Shown piece after piece: positions 32,517 to 43,294 of a stretch of DNA of 64,000 nucleotides. A model generated the notes under the pieces. It searched no databases. It was given only the letters and a program-made list of their open reading frames with translations, and was not told where the DNA came from. The stretch spans positions 576,001 through 640,000 of the forward strand of contig CAWEQH010000001.1 of NCBI GenBank assembly GCA_963811165.1, given 5' to 3'. The DNA is from an uncultured Nitrospiraceae bacterium (GTDB taxonomy: Bacteria; Nitrospirota; Thermodesulfovibrionia; Thermodesulfovibrionales; UBA6898). Both the position numbers and the translations under genes were made by a program. Each line of letters opens with the position of its first letter. Position 1 is the stretch's first letter.

Positions 32517-35164
32517 CTACGATTTCTTAATGCATCTATAATATGCATTCATTAATCTATTTGCAAAAATACTCTTAAGCAGCAGGGAATCCATCCCAAG
32601 CGTGGTACAATCCTTATTAAGGAGTTTATCCTTTACGATCTGAAGAAAGATGCTTAACACTGACTTTTCAAAGCTGACAAATCTCTCTATGATTCTTCTT
32701 TTTTCCCCTGAAACATTGCTGCAACGCAGACGGAGCACATGAGCAATCATAACCCTTCGGGGATAATGATTATAATATTCGGCTTGATTATGCTTCAGCA
32801 AAGCTAAAATATCATTGAACCACCTTCTTATCGTTAACCTTTCTTTAAGGTTCTTCAGAAGTTCGATAAGTTCTTCCTGTGAGACCTTATTCTGTTTGAC
32901 ATAATGGCCCAACACATTACCTGAATGCTGATAGTAATCATAAAGGGGTTTATCGTGATATTTTATTTTTCCCATAGCAAGTGCAACGCAGGCAATAAAA
33001 TGATCATGATAAAAATCCCCTATTTTCGCAGGAAAGGGCAATAAGACATTCAGAAGCTCCTTCCGAAAAAGAGAGGCTGCTCCGGTAACCGTATTGGTAA
33101 GTATGAGAAGATCAAGTTCACTGAAATTATTCTTCCTTGTCGTCCAATACGTATTGTATATAACGTTCCCTTCTGTATCCACAATATTCATATCGGAATA
33201 CACTAAAGTTGTATCCTTATCAAAAAGAGCCATCAGGGTAGATAACTTGTCCTCATGCCAGTAATCATCCTGATCAGCGAGGGCCACAAAAGATGTCCCT
33301 TCCGGGACATAGGACAGACACCTCTCAAAGTTATGATAGAATCCCAGATTAGATGGGTTTCTGTATAATATAAAGCGCCTGTCTCCTGCAACAATATCTT
33401 TAACCTTTTCAAATATTTCAGGTTCAGAACAATCATCATTAATTATGCATACCCATTTTTTGTATGTCTGGCATATGATTGAATCTATCTGTTTCTTGAA
33501 GTATCTCAATGAAGGATTATAAGTAGTCATGCATATGGCAATTATAGGCTGCCCATATGACTTATCATCTATAGTGCGCATGGACGATGCAGCCGGGCTC
33601 ATTTCCGGCTCGAGAGTGAGGCTTCCCATTGAAGATGTACATTTGTTTCCATTATAAAGCTCTGTTCTAATATCAAGGGTTATCTGGCGTGGAGAATCGA
33701 TTTTAGTAAAGGGAATGATTACCCAAAACTTAGTCATGATACTATTTCCTTTACCATCTTCTTGAAAATGTGTCGGGGGGCCACTATCTTTAAGAAAAGA
33801 AAAGTGAGAAACCGGATACTCACCACCGGCAGCAAGGACAACAATTTTTTTTACCCATTGAGACGGATGGTAACACCAGCCATGCAAAAAAAAGGCATTC
33901 CCTGCACCAACAATAAACGGCATTGAAAGGTTAGTTTCTATATGATAGGTCAGCTTCTCCTCAATAAATGTCTTTTTTTTTTCATCAGATTTGCCGGGAT
34001 AAATACTATGAGATCAAAAACCCTCTTAACGAAATGTCTCCTAATAGAATTCGCAGGTAGAAGTTTGTCCCGGATCCTGTAAAATAGCGACAACGTCTTC
34101 CATCCGCGTGAGCTATAAATGCTCTGCAGAAGAAAATCTTTATCCTTTACTAAAGACTCAATGTTGGTTATTCGCTGGTCTCTTTGATCAATATGGTATG
34201 CGAGGTTGGTAATATACTGGTCTTTTCCCTTTATCACATCCCGCAGATTTTTCGCATAAACTTCAAGCTCTTTTATATGCCTACCTTTATCATTTTTATC
34301 TTTTTCAAGCTCCCTCAAATATACATTCTGTTCTCTGAGAGCTTCAAGATTCTTGACGTGAACATCCTGATGACGGGCATGACATTCTCTTAAAATATTA
34401 TCCATTCGCCCCTTGAAATGCATCCATGAGCTCCAACTGACATATTCTTTGTTTCTTTCGAAAACTATAGAAGCAAACTTCTGGATGTCATATCTGCTTT
34501 CAAGGTAATTCTCGATGGAAGCAGCGTAAATATTATATTGGCAAGTAACTTTCTTCAGGTGCAGGAATTCATGGTTTCTTGAAATTAGAGTAAGCATTCG
34601 CCAATCTTCGTGTGTATGAAGATCCTCTTCGAACCGCCATTTGGTGAGCACATTCTTCTCAAACATAAGACACATGAACGGGATGTAGTTTTCGAACAAT
34701 AACCTTTCCCTGTCAAAGTCCTCGGAATACAGCCTTTCCTTTTTCTTGAGAACATATTCATCCGGAGCTGCTTGGATTTCATGAAAGGCGAGATACGAAT
34801 CGGCATAAGCAACTTTATAATAATTGCCCTTGCTGAGTTCGCTGACAAGTGTATCAACATGCTCCGGATAAAACTCGTCATCATCATCGAGAAACCCTAC
34901 GTATTCGCCTTTCGCGCTTTCGATCCCGATATTCCCGGCGTGCGCCCTGCCCATGTTTTTTTCGAGCCTCTTATAATTGAGCGATACGTCCCCGAGAATG
35001 CCTTTTATCTCTTCGATATCGAGGTCGCAGCCGCCGTCATTGACAAGGACGACCTCAATCGGCCGGTAGGTCTGCGCAGCAATGCTCTCTAGCGCCCTTT
35101 TGAGAAGTTTTGGCCTGTCTTTTGTCCTTACGATTATGGAAACTAAAGGTCTGTTTTCGTCCAT
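32517..35164 (-). CDS. Multi-domain GT2 / coiled coil / GT2 glycosyltransferase (frameshift at A10 tract 33973-33982)
   Basis: VSIIVRTKDR, FLDDDD, HEDW, coiled coil and SSRGW; after the tract KTFIEEKLTYHIETNLS runs in frame into ORF 32517..33923 (MTTYNP, ALADQDD, NTVTGA, HD). Confidence 0.75.
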
Positions 35165-35289
35165 TATTATCCTAAATTCCTCATAGCTACCTCTTCCGAT
35201 CTTTTCCCCGGTAACCATTATTATATTTGATAGCGAGCTAAAATTTCTATGAAGGTTCAGGCCAGCCGGAGAGAGACTAAAGAGAGAGT

Positions 35290-36696
35290 TCAGTATGCCC
35301 CTTCTCTTTTTATGACGATCCGAACGGTCTTCAGAAGGATCACGACATCCAGCCAGAGGTTCCAGTTCCTGACATACCATGAATCGAGTGATATGCGGTA
35401 CTCATAACTCGTATTGCTCCTGCCGCTCACCTGCCAGAGTCCGGTGATGCCCGGCAGCACACAAAAACACAACTCGGCCATATCCTTATAATGAAAGTCA
35501 ATTTCATCCTGAGTCACGGGCCTGGGTCCGACGAGGCTCATCTCGCCTTTGAGGACGTTAAATATCTGAGGCAGTTCATCGAGGGAGGTCGTCCGAAGGA
35601 ATCTTCCTATCCTCGTGACCCTGGGGTCATCGCTCAGTTTCCAATGTTTTTCCCACTTCTCTTTCGTTTCCTGATCTTTTTCGAGGAGTGCGGCGAGTTT
35701 CTCCTCGGCGTCTTCATACATCGTCCTGAACTTGTAGCATCTGAAGAGGGTCCCCTTCTTCCCGATCCGCTCCTGAGAGAACATCGCCTTCCCCCTCGAA
35801 TCGAGCCGTATCAGTACGGCTATAGCCGCCATTGGGACCGAAAGGAAAGGCAGCATCAGGACGCCCATGACAATATCAAAACACCTCTTGACAAAGATGT
35901 TTAGGGGGTTTGAGAGGTTGTTTTTCATCTCGAAGGCGAAGGCCTCTTCATGAAAAAAATGCTGAAGGTCCGTTCCCGTGACTGCAATCCCGAATATGTC
36001 GGGAACGAAGAGGATACGTTCGACCTTGTGCTGCAGGCTGTTGATGAGGCCCTGGAGCCGCTCCTTGCCCGCGCCGGGCATGGCGATGAAAAGGTCGTCG
36101 ATGCCGCACCGGTTGATATACGTCGCCGCCCGATCGGTCCCCTTATGGATTTTAATGCCTTCTATCTCCCGGCCGAACTTAGCCGGGTCGTCGTCGACAA
36201 ACCCCTTGATCTCGTATCCGTAATTCGGTTCTTTCTTTAGGGCCCTCAGGATCAGCTTCCCTGTCTCTCCCGCACCGAGGATAAGGACCCTGCGCTTAAG
36301 CAGGCCGAACCGTCTTAACGCCTTTTTGGTGATGGTCCTGATCAGAGGGAGCAAAAGGACCGAGATGATTCCCATCACGACGACGATGGTTCGTGACATC
36401 ACATCGCCGAGTTTCCCGACCGACACCACGGTAAAGACACCTACCGTCGAAAAAAAAGATACCTTCCATAGCGCCCTTATCTCGTCCCAGAAAGAGAACC
36501 TCTTTGTGTAGAGGCCCTCATAATAAAATAGAAAGATCCAGACGGCAAAGACCCACCATATGTCTGCAAACCCCCTGAAGGAAAGGCTTGGGGGGAAGCC
36601 CGCGTAAAAGAGGGGTAGTGCCTTGAGCCTGATGAGGACCGCAAGACCGAATATGACCAAAATGGCTGCGATATCGACAAAAAAAACCGTGAGCAC
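35290..36696 (-). CDS. wbaP: Undecaprenyl-phosphate hexose phosphotransferase (WbaP family)
   Basis: N-terminal TMs, GAGETG, KRCFDI, KFRTM, DDPRVT, SLDELPQ, SLVGPRP, PGITGLWQVSGR. Confidence 0.9.
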   Translation of the reverse strand: MLTVFFVDIAAILVIFGLAVLIRLKALPLFYAGFPPSLSFRGFADIWWVFAVWIFLFYYEGLYTKRFSFWDEIRALWKVSFFSTVGVFTVVSVGKLGDVMSRTIVVVMGIISVLLLPLIRTITKKALRRFGLLKRRVLILGAGETGKLILRALKKEPNYGYEIKGFVDDDPAKFGREIEGIKIHKGTDRAATYINRCGIDDLFIAMPGAGKERLQGLINSLQHKVERILFVPDIFGIAVTGTDLQHFFHEEAFAFEMKNNLSNPLNIFVKRCFDIVMGVLMLPFLSVPMAAIAVLIRLDSRGKAMFSQERIGKKGTLFRCYKFRTMYEDAEEKLAALLEKDQETKEKWEKHWKLSDDPRVTRIGRFLRTTSLDELPQIFNVLKGEMSLVGPRPVTQDEIDFHYKDMAELCFCVLPGITGLWQVSGRSNTSYEYRISLDSWYVRNWNLWLDVVILLKTVRIVIKREGAY

Positions 36697-36727
36697 CTCG
36701 GCAGCGGACTTGACTCTGTGTATGGCC

Positions 36728-37465
36728 TTAATAATTTCCTCCCGAAAGTGTTGCAGTGACCCTGCCCACCGCCACTTTAGTCTGCATCTTGACGGGGACG
36801 TGTTTCCCGTCGTCGGTGAGCCAGATATACATGTCTCCTCTTTTGTTGAAGATGCCCTCCGACTTCAGGAGCGGTCTTATGACGATAGTATCGAAGTCCC
36901 CGAGGCCGGTGCTGATCCGTTCCTTCCTGAGGACCTGGACCTCCACGTTCCAGAGCTTCTTGTTGTCCAGGATGTCCACATAGACGGATTTACCCACTTT
37001 CGCATTCAGAGTTCTGACATAGTAAAAGCTGGAAAGCGGGTCAAATGTGTTGTCCCTTATCTCTATCTCCTTTTTCTCGCCGCTTAAGTGGTCCGTGAAT
37101 GAGGCCCGGTGCCTGGTGTTGTCGAAGACGACCTCTTTGTTTCGCCTGTGATTGCCTTCCCTGATCTTCACCCTGTAATTTCTCGGTGTGCCGAGGACCG
37201 CCGGATGCCGCGGCGTTGAAAGTTCCGACTCGATCCTGTCCTCTACCGTATAAAATACGGAAACCCAGTCAGCCGACCGGGCGGTCGAGACGATTGTCGT
37301 TTTCTCATCTCCATTGCTGATCTGAAGCGTTGCCGTCCCGGTTTTTATTCCCGCCCACGTAAGGTCGTACACGAGCTTCTCCGGAACACGGAAGCCCGCG
37401 GCAAAGGAGAGCGAGGGAAATATAAAAAAAAACATCAACAGGCCGATTCCCGTGAATTTTTTCAT
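36728..37465 (-). CDS. DUF3108-like exported protein
   Basis: Signal peptide, EKLVYDLTW.GI, DPLSSFYYVR, IWLTDD..HVPVK. Confidence 0.75.
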   Translation of the reverse strand: MKKFTGIGLLMFFFIFPSLSFAAGFRVPEKLVYDLTWAGIKTGTATLQISNGDEKTTIVSTARSADWVSVFYTVEDRIESELSTPRHPAVLGTPRNYRVKIREGNHRRNKEVVFDNTRHRASFTDHLSGEKKEIEIRDNTFDPLSSFYYVRTLNAKVGKSVYVDILDNKKLWNVEVQVLRKERISTGLGDFDTIVIRPLLKSEGIFNKRGDMYIWLTDDGKHVPVKMQTKVAVGRVTATLSGGNY

Positions 37466-37542
37466 ATGAGGATTTCTGCCCCGGCAGGCGACTTCATGAG
37501 ACCTCCTGGAGTATTACGGAATTTTTCTGCTATATTAATACT

Positions 37543-38283
37543 ATGTTTATTATTCCTGCAATAGATTTAAAAGACGGCGTCTGCGTTAGGCTTGAGCAGG
37601 GCAGGAAAGAAGCCGTGACCGTGTATTCGAAAGATCCGGTCCTGACCGCCAAGAGGTGGGAGTCTTGCGGCGCCAGGCTGCTTCACGTCGTCGACTTAGA
37701 CGGGGCTTTTACGGGAAACCAGAAGAATCTGGAGAGCATTCTTAGGATAAGAAGGCACATAAAGATGACGATGGAAGTGGGCGGCGGCATAAGAGACATA
37801 ACAACCGTCGAAAAACTCATCTCTTCGGGTATAGACCGCGTGATCATAGGTACTTCCGCAATCGAGGATTCCTCATTTGTCGTAAAAGCCTGCAGTAAAT
37901 TCCCGGGCAAGATCCTTGTGGGAATAGATGCGAAAGACGGGAAGGTCGCGGTCAAGGGATGGGAAGAAGTGAGCGCCGTCGGCGCAAAGGAACTTGCAAA
38001 AAGGGTCGAGACCGTCGGCGTTGCCGGCATCATTTATACCGACATATCGAGGGACGGCATGCTCACGGGACCTAATGTCTCGGCGCAGGAGGAGATGGTC
38101 GCTACGGTCAATGTCCCGGTGATCGCATCCGGAGGCATAGCGACGATAGAAGACGTGAAACTCCTCCTGGGGATAAAAGGCCTTTGGGGGGCGATAACGG
38201 GCAAGGCCATCTACTCGGGATCCCTCGACCTGAAAGAGGCGATAAAGCTTAGTGAAGAACAAGGTCCGGGGAGCAAGGGTTAA
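37543..38283 (+). CDS. hisA: ProFAR isomerase
   Basis: [41 protein letters not shown]. Confidence 0.96.
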   Translation: MFIIPAIDLKDGVCVRLEQGRKEAVTVYSKDPVLTAKRWESCGARLLHVVDLDGAFTGNQKNLESILRIRRHIKMTMEVGGGIRDITTVEKLISSGIDRVIIGTSAIEDSSFVVKACSKFPGKILVGIDAKDGKVAVKGWEEVSAVGAKELAKRVETVGVAGIIYTDISRDGMLTGPNVSAQEEMVATVNVPVIASGGIATIEDVKLLLGIKGLWGAITGKAIYSGSLDLKEAIKLSEEQGPGSKG

Positions 38284-38294
38284 GGGTTACTGAG

Positions 38295-39164
38295 ATGCTT
38301 GCAAAACGGATCATCCCCTGCCTGGATGTGAAGGACGGCCGTGTGGTCAAGGGCGTCAGCTTCGTAAACCTTCGCGATGCCGGCGATCCTGTCGAAAACG
38401 CCAAATTTTACGACGAACAGGGCGCCGACGAGCTGATCTTCCTCGATATCACCGCCTCTCATGAAAAGCGGAAGATCATCCTCGATGTGGTCGAGCGGAC
38501 CGCCGAAGACGTCTTCATGCCCCTGACCGTAGGGGGCGGGATAAAGACCCTGGACGATATCAGAGACCTCCTTAACGCCGGTTGCGACAAGGTCTCTATA
38601 AACACCACAGCGGTAAAAGACCCCTTTTTCATCAGCAGGGCCGCCGAGAAATTCGGAAGCCAGTGCATTGTTGTGGCCATCGATGCCAAGAGGGTAACGG
38701 GCCGCATGTCCGATCCGACGGGTGAGGGCTGGCTCGACGATCCTTCCCTGAAAGACGTACGCCTGGAACTGCCAACCCCTCCCGGCCCCACCTCATCAGG
38801 GGAGAGCGATGCGTTGGTGTGGGCGATCTCGACGCACGGCGGCAGGAAGATGAAGCTCATCGACGCGGTCAAGTGGGCAAAGAAGATGGAGGAACTCGGC
38901 GCCGGGGAGTTTATGCTTACCAGCATGGACAAAGACGGGACCAAAGACGGCTATGACATCGAGTTGACGAGGGCGATATCCGAAACAGTCTCGATACCTG
39001 TCATCGCCTCAGGCGGCGCAGGGACGCTTGAGCACCTCTACGACGGACTTGTCTACGGCAAGGCCGATGCCGTACTTGCGGCTTCGATCTTTCATTTCAG
39101 GGAATTTACGGTGCGTGAAGCTAAGGAGTACCTTAGGTCAAAAGGCGTGCCGGTAAGAATTTAG
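38295..39164 (+). CDS. hisF: Imidazole glycerol phosphate synthase cyclase subunit
   Basis: [47 protein letters not shown]. Confidence 0.97.
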   Translation: MLAKRIIPCLDVKDGRVVKGVSFVNLRDAGDPVENAKFYDEQGADELIFLDITASHEKRKIILDVVERTAEDVFMPLTVGGGIKTLDDIRDLLNAGCDKVSINTTAVKDPFFISRAAEKFGSQCIVVAIDAKRVTGRMSDPTGEGWLDDPSLKDVRLELPTPPGPTSSGESDALVWAISTHGGRKMKLIDAVKWAKKMEELGAGEFMLTSMDKDGTKDGYDIELTRAISETVSIPVIASGGAGTLEHLYDGLVYGKADAVLAASIFHFREFTVREAKEYLRSKGVPVRI

Positions 39165-39169
39165 CACTG

Positions 39170-39472
39170 CAAAATTCTTTACGCTCCCCCTCGGTCGCAA
39201 CCTAAAATTATCAAAGGGGCACGGCAGAATATGAGCGATCAGCTCTCAGCGGTATACTCAGGACAAAAATCCCCTTCGAAACTTCCAGGTGAGTGGTGAC
39301 GCCCGCAGGGTGAAAGATTTTAGGCTGTCTGAGCCCGCCGCAGGCGAGTTCCTAAAATCTACCGAGGACGACAATGCGAACCGCTCGGGAAGGTTCGTCG
39401 GGCGCCCTTCTTACGGTTACGCTTCTTGGAGCGAGCAAGAAGGGTAACTGGGGTTTGGGGCAATGCCCCAAC
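39170..39472. repeat. Structured interspersed repeat pair (partial inverted copy plus forward copy)
   Basis: TCCCCTTCGAAACTT, GACGCCCGCAGGGT, CTGTCTGAGC..GCGAG and terminal GGGGTTTGGGGCAATGCCCC are shared with 40012-40390. Confidence 0.7.
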
Positions 39473-39551
39473 ATGAAATGATCGACTCTTGATATTGCCG
39501 CCCGATGTGATACCCTGTAATCATAAGTCAGACAATCTAGGAGGAACAATT

Positions 39552-39731
39552 ATGAGGATGGAACTCGAAGGCTCGCTTTTGAAATTTACGCCTGAAAACG
39601 ACAGGGAAAAAGAGGAACTGAACCAGCTCTGGACAATAGTAGTGGGATGCGTTAGCGAAGGGAAAAAATTGGTCCCCGTCGGTCAGTACCTGCCGGGCAT
39701 AAAGGAAGTTGCGGTATTCAACATAGAGTAG
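39552..39731 (+). CDS. Small hypothetical protein (59 aa)
   Basis: Strong SD AGGAGG before ATG 39552; MRMELEGSLLKFTPEN...FNIE. Confidence 0.7.
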   Translation: MRMELEGSLLKFTPENDREKEELNQLWTIVVGCVSEGKKLVPVGQYLPGIKEVAVFNIE

Positions 39732-39970
39732 AAGACAAGAAAAAAATCGGGGTCGTCGCCTATTCAGGCTATAAGGGAGAGGAGGCGCCCCGATCTTTTT
39801 TGCTCGGAGAGGTCAAAGTAAATGTCGTCTCTGTGATAAGGGCGTGGGTGGAAGAGTCGCTTGATGCTAGGAGGCGGAAGAGATTTTTCAAGGTCAAAGG
39901 GAGCGACGGATTTATCTATACGCTATATTACGACGAAGCGCATGCCGAATGGTTTTTGGCCGGGAAATGA
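39728..39970 (+). CDS. Small hypothetical protein (AYSGYKGEE.P motif); start codon not resolved, absent from the ORF track
   Basis: Open frame VEDKKKIGVVAYSGYKGEEAPRSFLLG...RAW...FFKVKGSDGFIYTLYYDE...W. Confidence 0.6.
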   Translation, partial: VEDKKKIGVVAYSGYKGEEAPRSFLLGEVKVNVVSVIRAWVEESLDARRRKRFFKVKGSDGFIYTLYYDEAHAEWFLAGK

Positions 39971-40011
39971 ACAGTTTGGAAATTCCTTTCTCCTTACTCA
40001 CTCCTCGCTTT

Positions 40012-40390
40012 ATTTCGGGGCCTTGCCCCGCACCCCAAGCGCTTTTCTGAATGCGTCAGAAAAGTGCCCAAAAGAGCGCACCCCGCGGAAAATCCTTTTC
40101 GATCTGCTCGGTCGGTCTCGCTAAATTCCGGAGCTCAGACAGTCTACAATTTTTTACGCTCGACCTCGGTCGCAAATCGGGATTTTCCAAAGGGGCCCCG
40201 TAATACCCTAAAAAAGCAGGTACATAAGTAAAGCCTCCTTTGCAGGTCATTCCCCTTCGAAAACTTAGGCGAGCACGGACGCCCGCAGGGTTAAACATTT
40301 CCCCATGTTCGAGCACCGATGGCGACCTTCTTTGGGCTACCTTGCTTGGTCGTCAAGAAAGGTAGCTGGGGTGCGGGGCAAAGCTCCGGT
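40012..40390. repeat. Back-to-back pair of the same interspersed repeat family
   Basis: Inverted copy 40012-40200 (CCCCGCACCCC, GCTCAGACAG, TACGCTC..CTCGGTCGCAA..AAAGGGG) and forward copy 40251-40390. Confidence 0.7.
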
Positions 40391-40408
40391 TCGAAGGTAA
40401 ATCCTTCT

Positions 40409-41653
40409 TCAGATTTTTTCGCGTATCTTTCGTATGCGCTCGACGATTGGGGGATGGGAGTAATAAAATTTTGCATAGAGCGGATGGGGGTGAAGGTTTG
40501 AAAGGTTGTCTTTGGAGAGTTTGATGAGAGATGTGGCGAGGCTGCCTGGGTCCCCCGTCAGCTCGATAGCGAAACGGTCCGCTTCGTCTTCGTGCCTTCT
40601 CGAAAAAAGGGTCATGAGGGGCGTGAAGGGAAAGGCCGCTATCCCAAAGATAAACCCGAGGACGACCAGTTCCGCAAAGAATGCTTCACCCTTGATACCG
40701 AACATATCTGAAAGGATATTCGACCTTAGGACCAGAAAGGACAGATAGGCGCCGGCCAGGGACATAAGCTCGAACAGAATGATCCGCTTTAAGACGTGCT
40801 TCTTTTTCCAGTGTCCCGCCTCGTGGGCAAGTACCGCAATGATTTCGGACTGCGACATCATTTCCATGAGCGTATCAAACAGGACGATCCTTTTTACCCT
40901 GCCTATCCCGGTGAAGTAGGCGTTTGTATGGCGGCTCCTTTTCGATGCGTCGATAGTGAAGACGCGGGTTACGCGGATGCCGACCTTATTCATAAGCTCC
41001 CTGATCTTTTCTTCAAGTTCACCGCCTTCAAGGGGGGTGAATTTGTTGAAGAGCGGTTCGATGACGTAAGGGGAAATATACATGAGGAAGATGCTCAGGA
41101 CAAAGAAGAACCCCCATGCAAAAAGCCACCAGTACCCGGGGCTGTGCTGCACGATGGAAAACCCTCCGAGGGACACGATCCCAAGGATGACCGCGGACAA
41201 CAACAGAGATTTTGCCAGGTCGGCGACCCAGAGTTTCCAGGTCATGGTATTGAACCCGTATTTGTTCTCTATCCTGAATGTCGAGTAAAGGCTGAAGGGG
41301 ACGGAAAGAAGCGTAGTGACGAATGCCAGCACGAGAAAAAATACGGTCCCTTTTACGACGAAGGGCAGACCAAGTGAACCGATCCACCGGTTGTAAATAC
41401 CGAGGACCCCGCCGAAGAGGAAAACAATCATGGCTATATTGCCGAAGACCGACTCGATGAACGAAAGTGAACTTCTCTCGATCGTGTAGGCATATGTCTT
41501 CCTGAGCGCCTGCTCATCGATATATCCTTCGAACCCCTCCGGCACGCGAGTGCCGTATTTTTTCATATACTGGAGGTTCAGGAATTTGAGCCAGTACTCA
41601 AACGCCTGCACGAGGAGATAAAGGATCAATAAAATGAGTCGGTATTTTTGCAT
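40409..41653 (-). CDS. M48 family (Ste24-like) membrane metallopeptidase
   Basis: NAYFTGIG, KRIVLFDTL, HEAGH, E.EAD, YSHPP. Confidence 0.93.
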   Translation of the reverse strand: MQKYRLILLILYLLVQAFEYWLKFLNLQYMKKYGTRVPEGFEGYIDEQALRKTYAYTIERSSLSFIESVFGNIAMIVFLFGGVLGIYNRWIGSLGLPFVVKGTVFFLVLAFVTTLLSVPFSLYSTFRIENKYGFNTMTWKLWVADLAKSLLLSAVILGIVSLGGFSIVQHSPGYWWLFAWGFFFVLSIFLMYISPYVIEPLFNKFTPLEGGELEEKIRELMNKVGIRVTRVFTIDASKRSRHTNAYFTGIGRVKRIVLFDTLMEMMSQSEIIAVLAHEAGHWKKKHVLKRIILFELMSLAGAYLSFLVLRSNILSDMFGIKGEAFFAELVVLGFIFGIAAFPFTPLMTLFSRRHEDEADRFAIELTGDPGSLATSLIKLSKDNLSNLHPHPLYAKFYYSHPPIVERIRKIREKI

Positions 41654-41760
41654 CCTATGGTTGCCTGAATGAGATTATTATAGCATCCGAAGGCGAGGAT
41701 CTCCGAAAATGGTCTTTTGTTCGGTTATAATAAACGATAACGCTGAAAGGAGTTTTAACA

Positions 41761-42186
41761 ATGGCCACTGTCAAAAAAGGAGATACTATCAGAATACATT
41801 TCGTGGGCAAACTCGACGACGGCACGGTCTTCGATACGTCGGAGGGCGGTGCTTCACTCGAAATAAAGGTGGGGGGAGGAGAATTCCTCCCGGGCCTCGA
41901 AAAGGGCCTCGTCGGCATGAGCACCGGCGAGAGCAAGACAATCCGGGTCGCCGCAGGGGAGGGATATCCGTACCACAAGGAGCGGGTCTTCGAGTACGAC
42001 AGGTCCAGGCTGCCCGAGGGCGTGAGCGCTGAAGTGGGCCGGCAGTTCCAGATGTTCCGCGCCGACGGACAGCCGGTTATGGTCACTATCGCCGGGGTGA
42101 ATGAAAAGACGGTCACGCTCGACTGTAACCATCTCCTCGCCGGAAAAGACCTGACGTTCGAAGTCACTCTGGAGGAGATCGTATAG
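41761..42186 (+). CDS. FKBP-type peptidyl-prolyl isomerase (SlyD/FkpB-like)
   Basis: GKLDDGTVFDTS, LPGLE..L.GM, D.NHLLAGKDLTFEV. Confidence 0.92.
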   Translation: MATVKKGDTIRIHFVGKLDDGTVFDTSEGGASLEIKVGGGEFLPGLEKGLVGMSTGESKTIRVAAGEGYPYHKERVFEYDRSRLPEGVSAEVGRQFQMFRADGQPVMVTIAGVNEKTVTLDCNHLLAGKDLTFEVTLEEIV

Positions 42187-42198
42187 AAGCTTTTCCGA

Positions 42199-43221
42199 AT
42201 GGTAAAAAGAATAAACCTCAAATCGCTCCCTAATGACGGCCTCTTTCGATATATTGAAGACAGCGGCCTTCCCCGTTTTCGCGCGGGCCAACTGATCAGC
42301 TGGATCTACCGGAAGTACGCTTCCGATATCGCAGGCATCACCGAGTTTTCGAAGGAACTCAGGTCCTCGCTTGCCGTCGGGGCATATATAAGCGACCTGA
42401 GACTTGCCAGGCGGCTTAAGTCTTCGGACGGCACGGAAAAATTTCTCTTCTCTTTAGAAGACGGGGAAACGATCGAAAGCGTACTCATCCCCGATGACGC
42501 ACGGCTGACACTCTGCATATCCTCCCAGGTCGGCTGCGCGATGGGCTGCAAGTTTTGTCTGACCGGGAAGCTCGGTCTGATCAGAAACCTCAGGGCCTTC
42601 GAGATTGTCGACCAGGTGATCGCGGTAAACAGGCTGATCCTCCCCGGAAAGATCACGAACATCGTCCTCATGGGCATGGGAGAGCCGCTTGCGAACCTGA
42701 ATGAGGTTGCCGAAGCGCTCTGGAGGATCACCGAATATATAGGGATATCAAAGCGGAGGATAACCCTTTCGACTGCAGGACTTGTCCCGGGGATAGCGCT
42801 TCTTGCCGAAAAGGCGCCGGAGGTGAATCTCGCGGTTTCGCTGAACGCTTCGTCCGATAAGATACGGGAAGAGATCATGCCGGTAAACAAGAGGTATCCG
42901 CTTAAGTCCCTCATCGGCGCCTGCAGGAAGTTTCCTCTGGGGCCGCAGAGGAAGATAACGTTCGAATATGTCCTGATCGGGGGTGTAAACGATTCTGTAG
43001 GGGACGCTCTGCTGCTTGCGAAACTGCTCAGGGGCCTAAGGTGCAAGGTAAACCTCATACCCCTGAACCCTCATGAGGGAAGCGCTCTGAAGCGGCCGTC
43101 CGATACCGTCGTGCACGAGTTCCAGAAGGCCCTTGTCCGTAACCACCTCACCGCTTTTATCAGGGAGAGCAAGGGGCAGGACATCCTTGCGGCCTGCGGA
43201 CAACTCAGGGCAGAACATTGA
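42199..43221 (+). CDS. rlmN: Dual-specificity RNA methyltransferase RlmN
   Basis: CISSQVGCAMGCKFC, MGMGEP, EYVLI.GVND, AACGQL. Confidence 0.96.
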   Translation: MVKRINLKSLPNDGLFRYIEDSGLPRFRAGQLISWIYRKYASDIAGITEFSKELRSSLAVGAYISDLRLARRLKSSDGTEKFLFSLEDGETIESVLIPDDARLTLCISSQVGCAMGCKFCLTGKLGLIRNLRAFEIVDQVIAVNRLILPGKITNIVLMGMGEPLANLNEVAEALWRITEYIGISKRRITLSTAGLVPGIALLAEKAPEVNLAVSLNASSDKIREEIMPVNKRYPLKSLIGACRKFPLGPQRKITFEYVLIGGVNDSVGDALLLAKLLRGLRCKVNLIPLNPHEGSALKRPSDTVVHEFQKALVRNHLTAFIRESKGQDILAACGQLRAEH

Positions 43222-43294
43222 GAAGCGCTGCGGCATATTTCTCTTTACTTGACGGCAGGCCTTCTGATAGCGTAAAAAAAGTGGAAAAAAAAAT

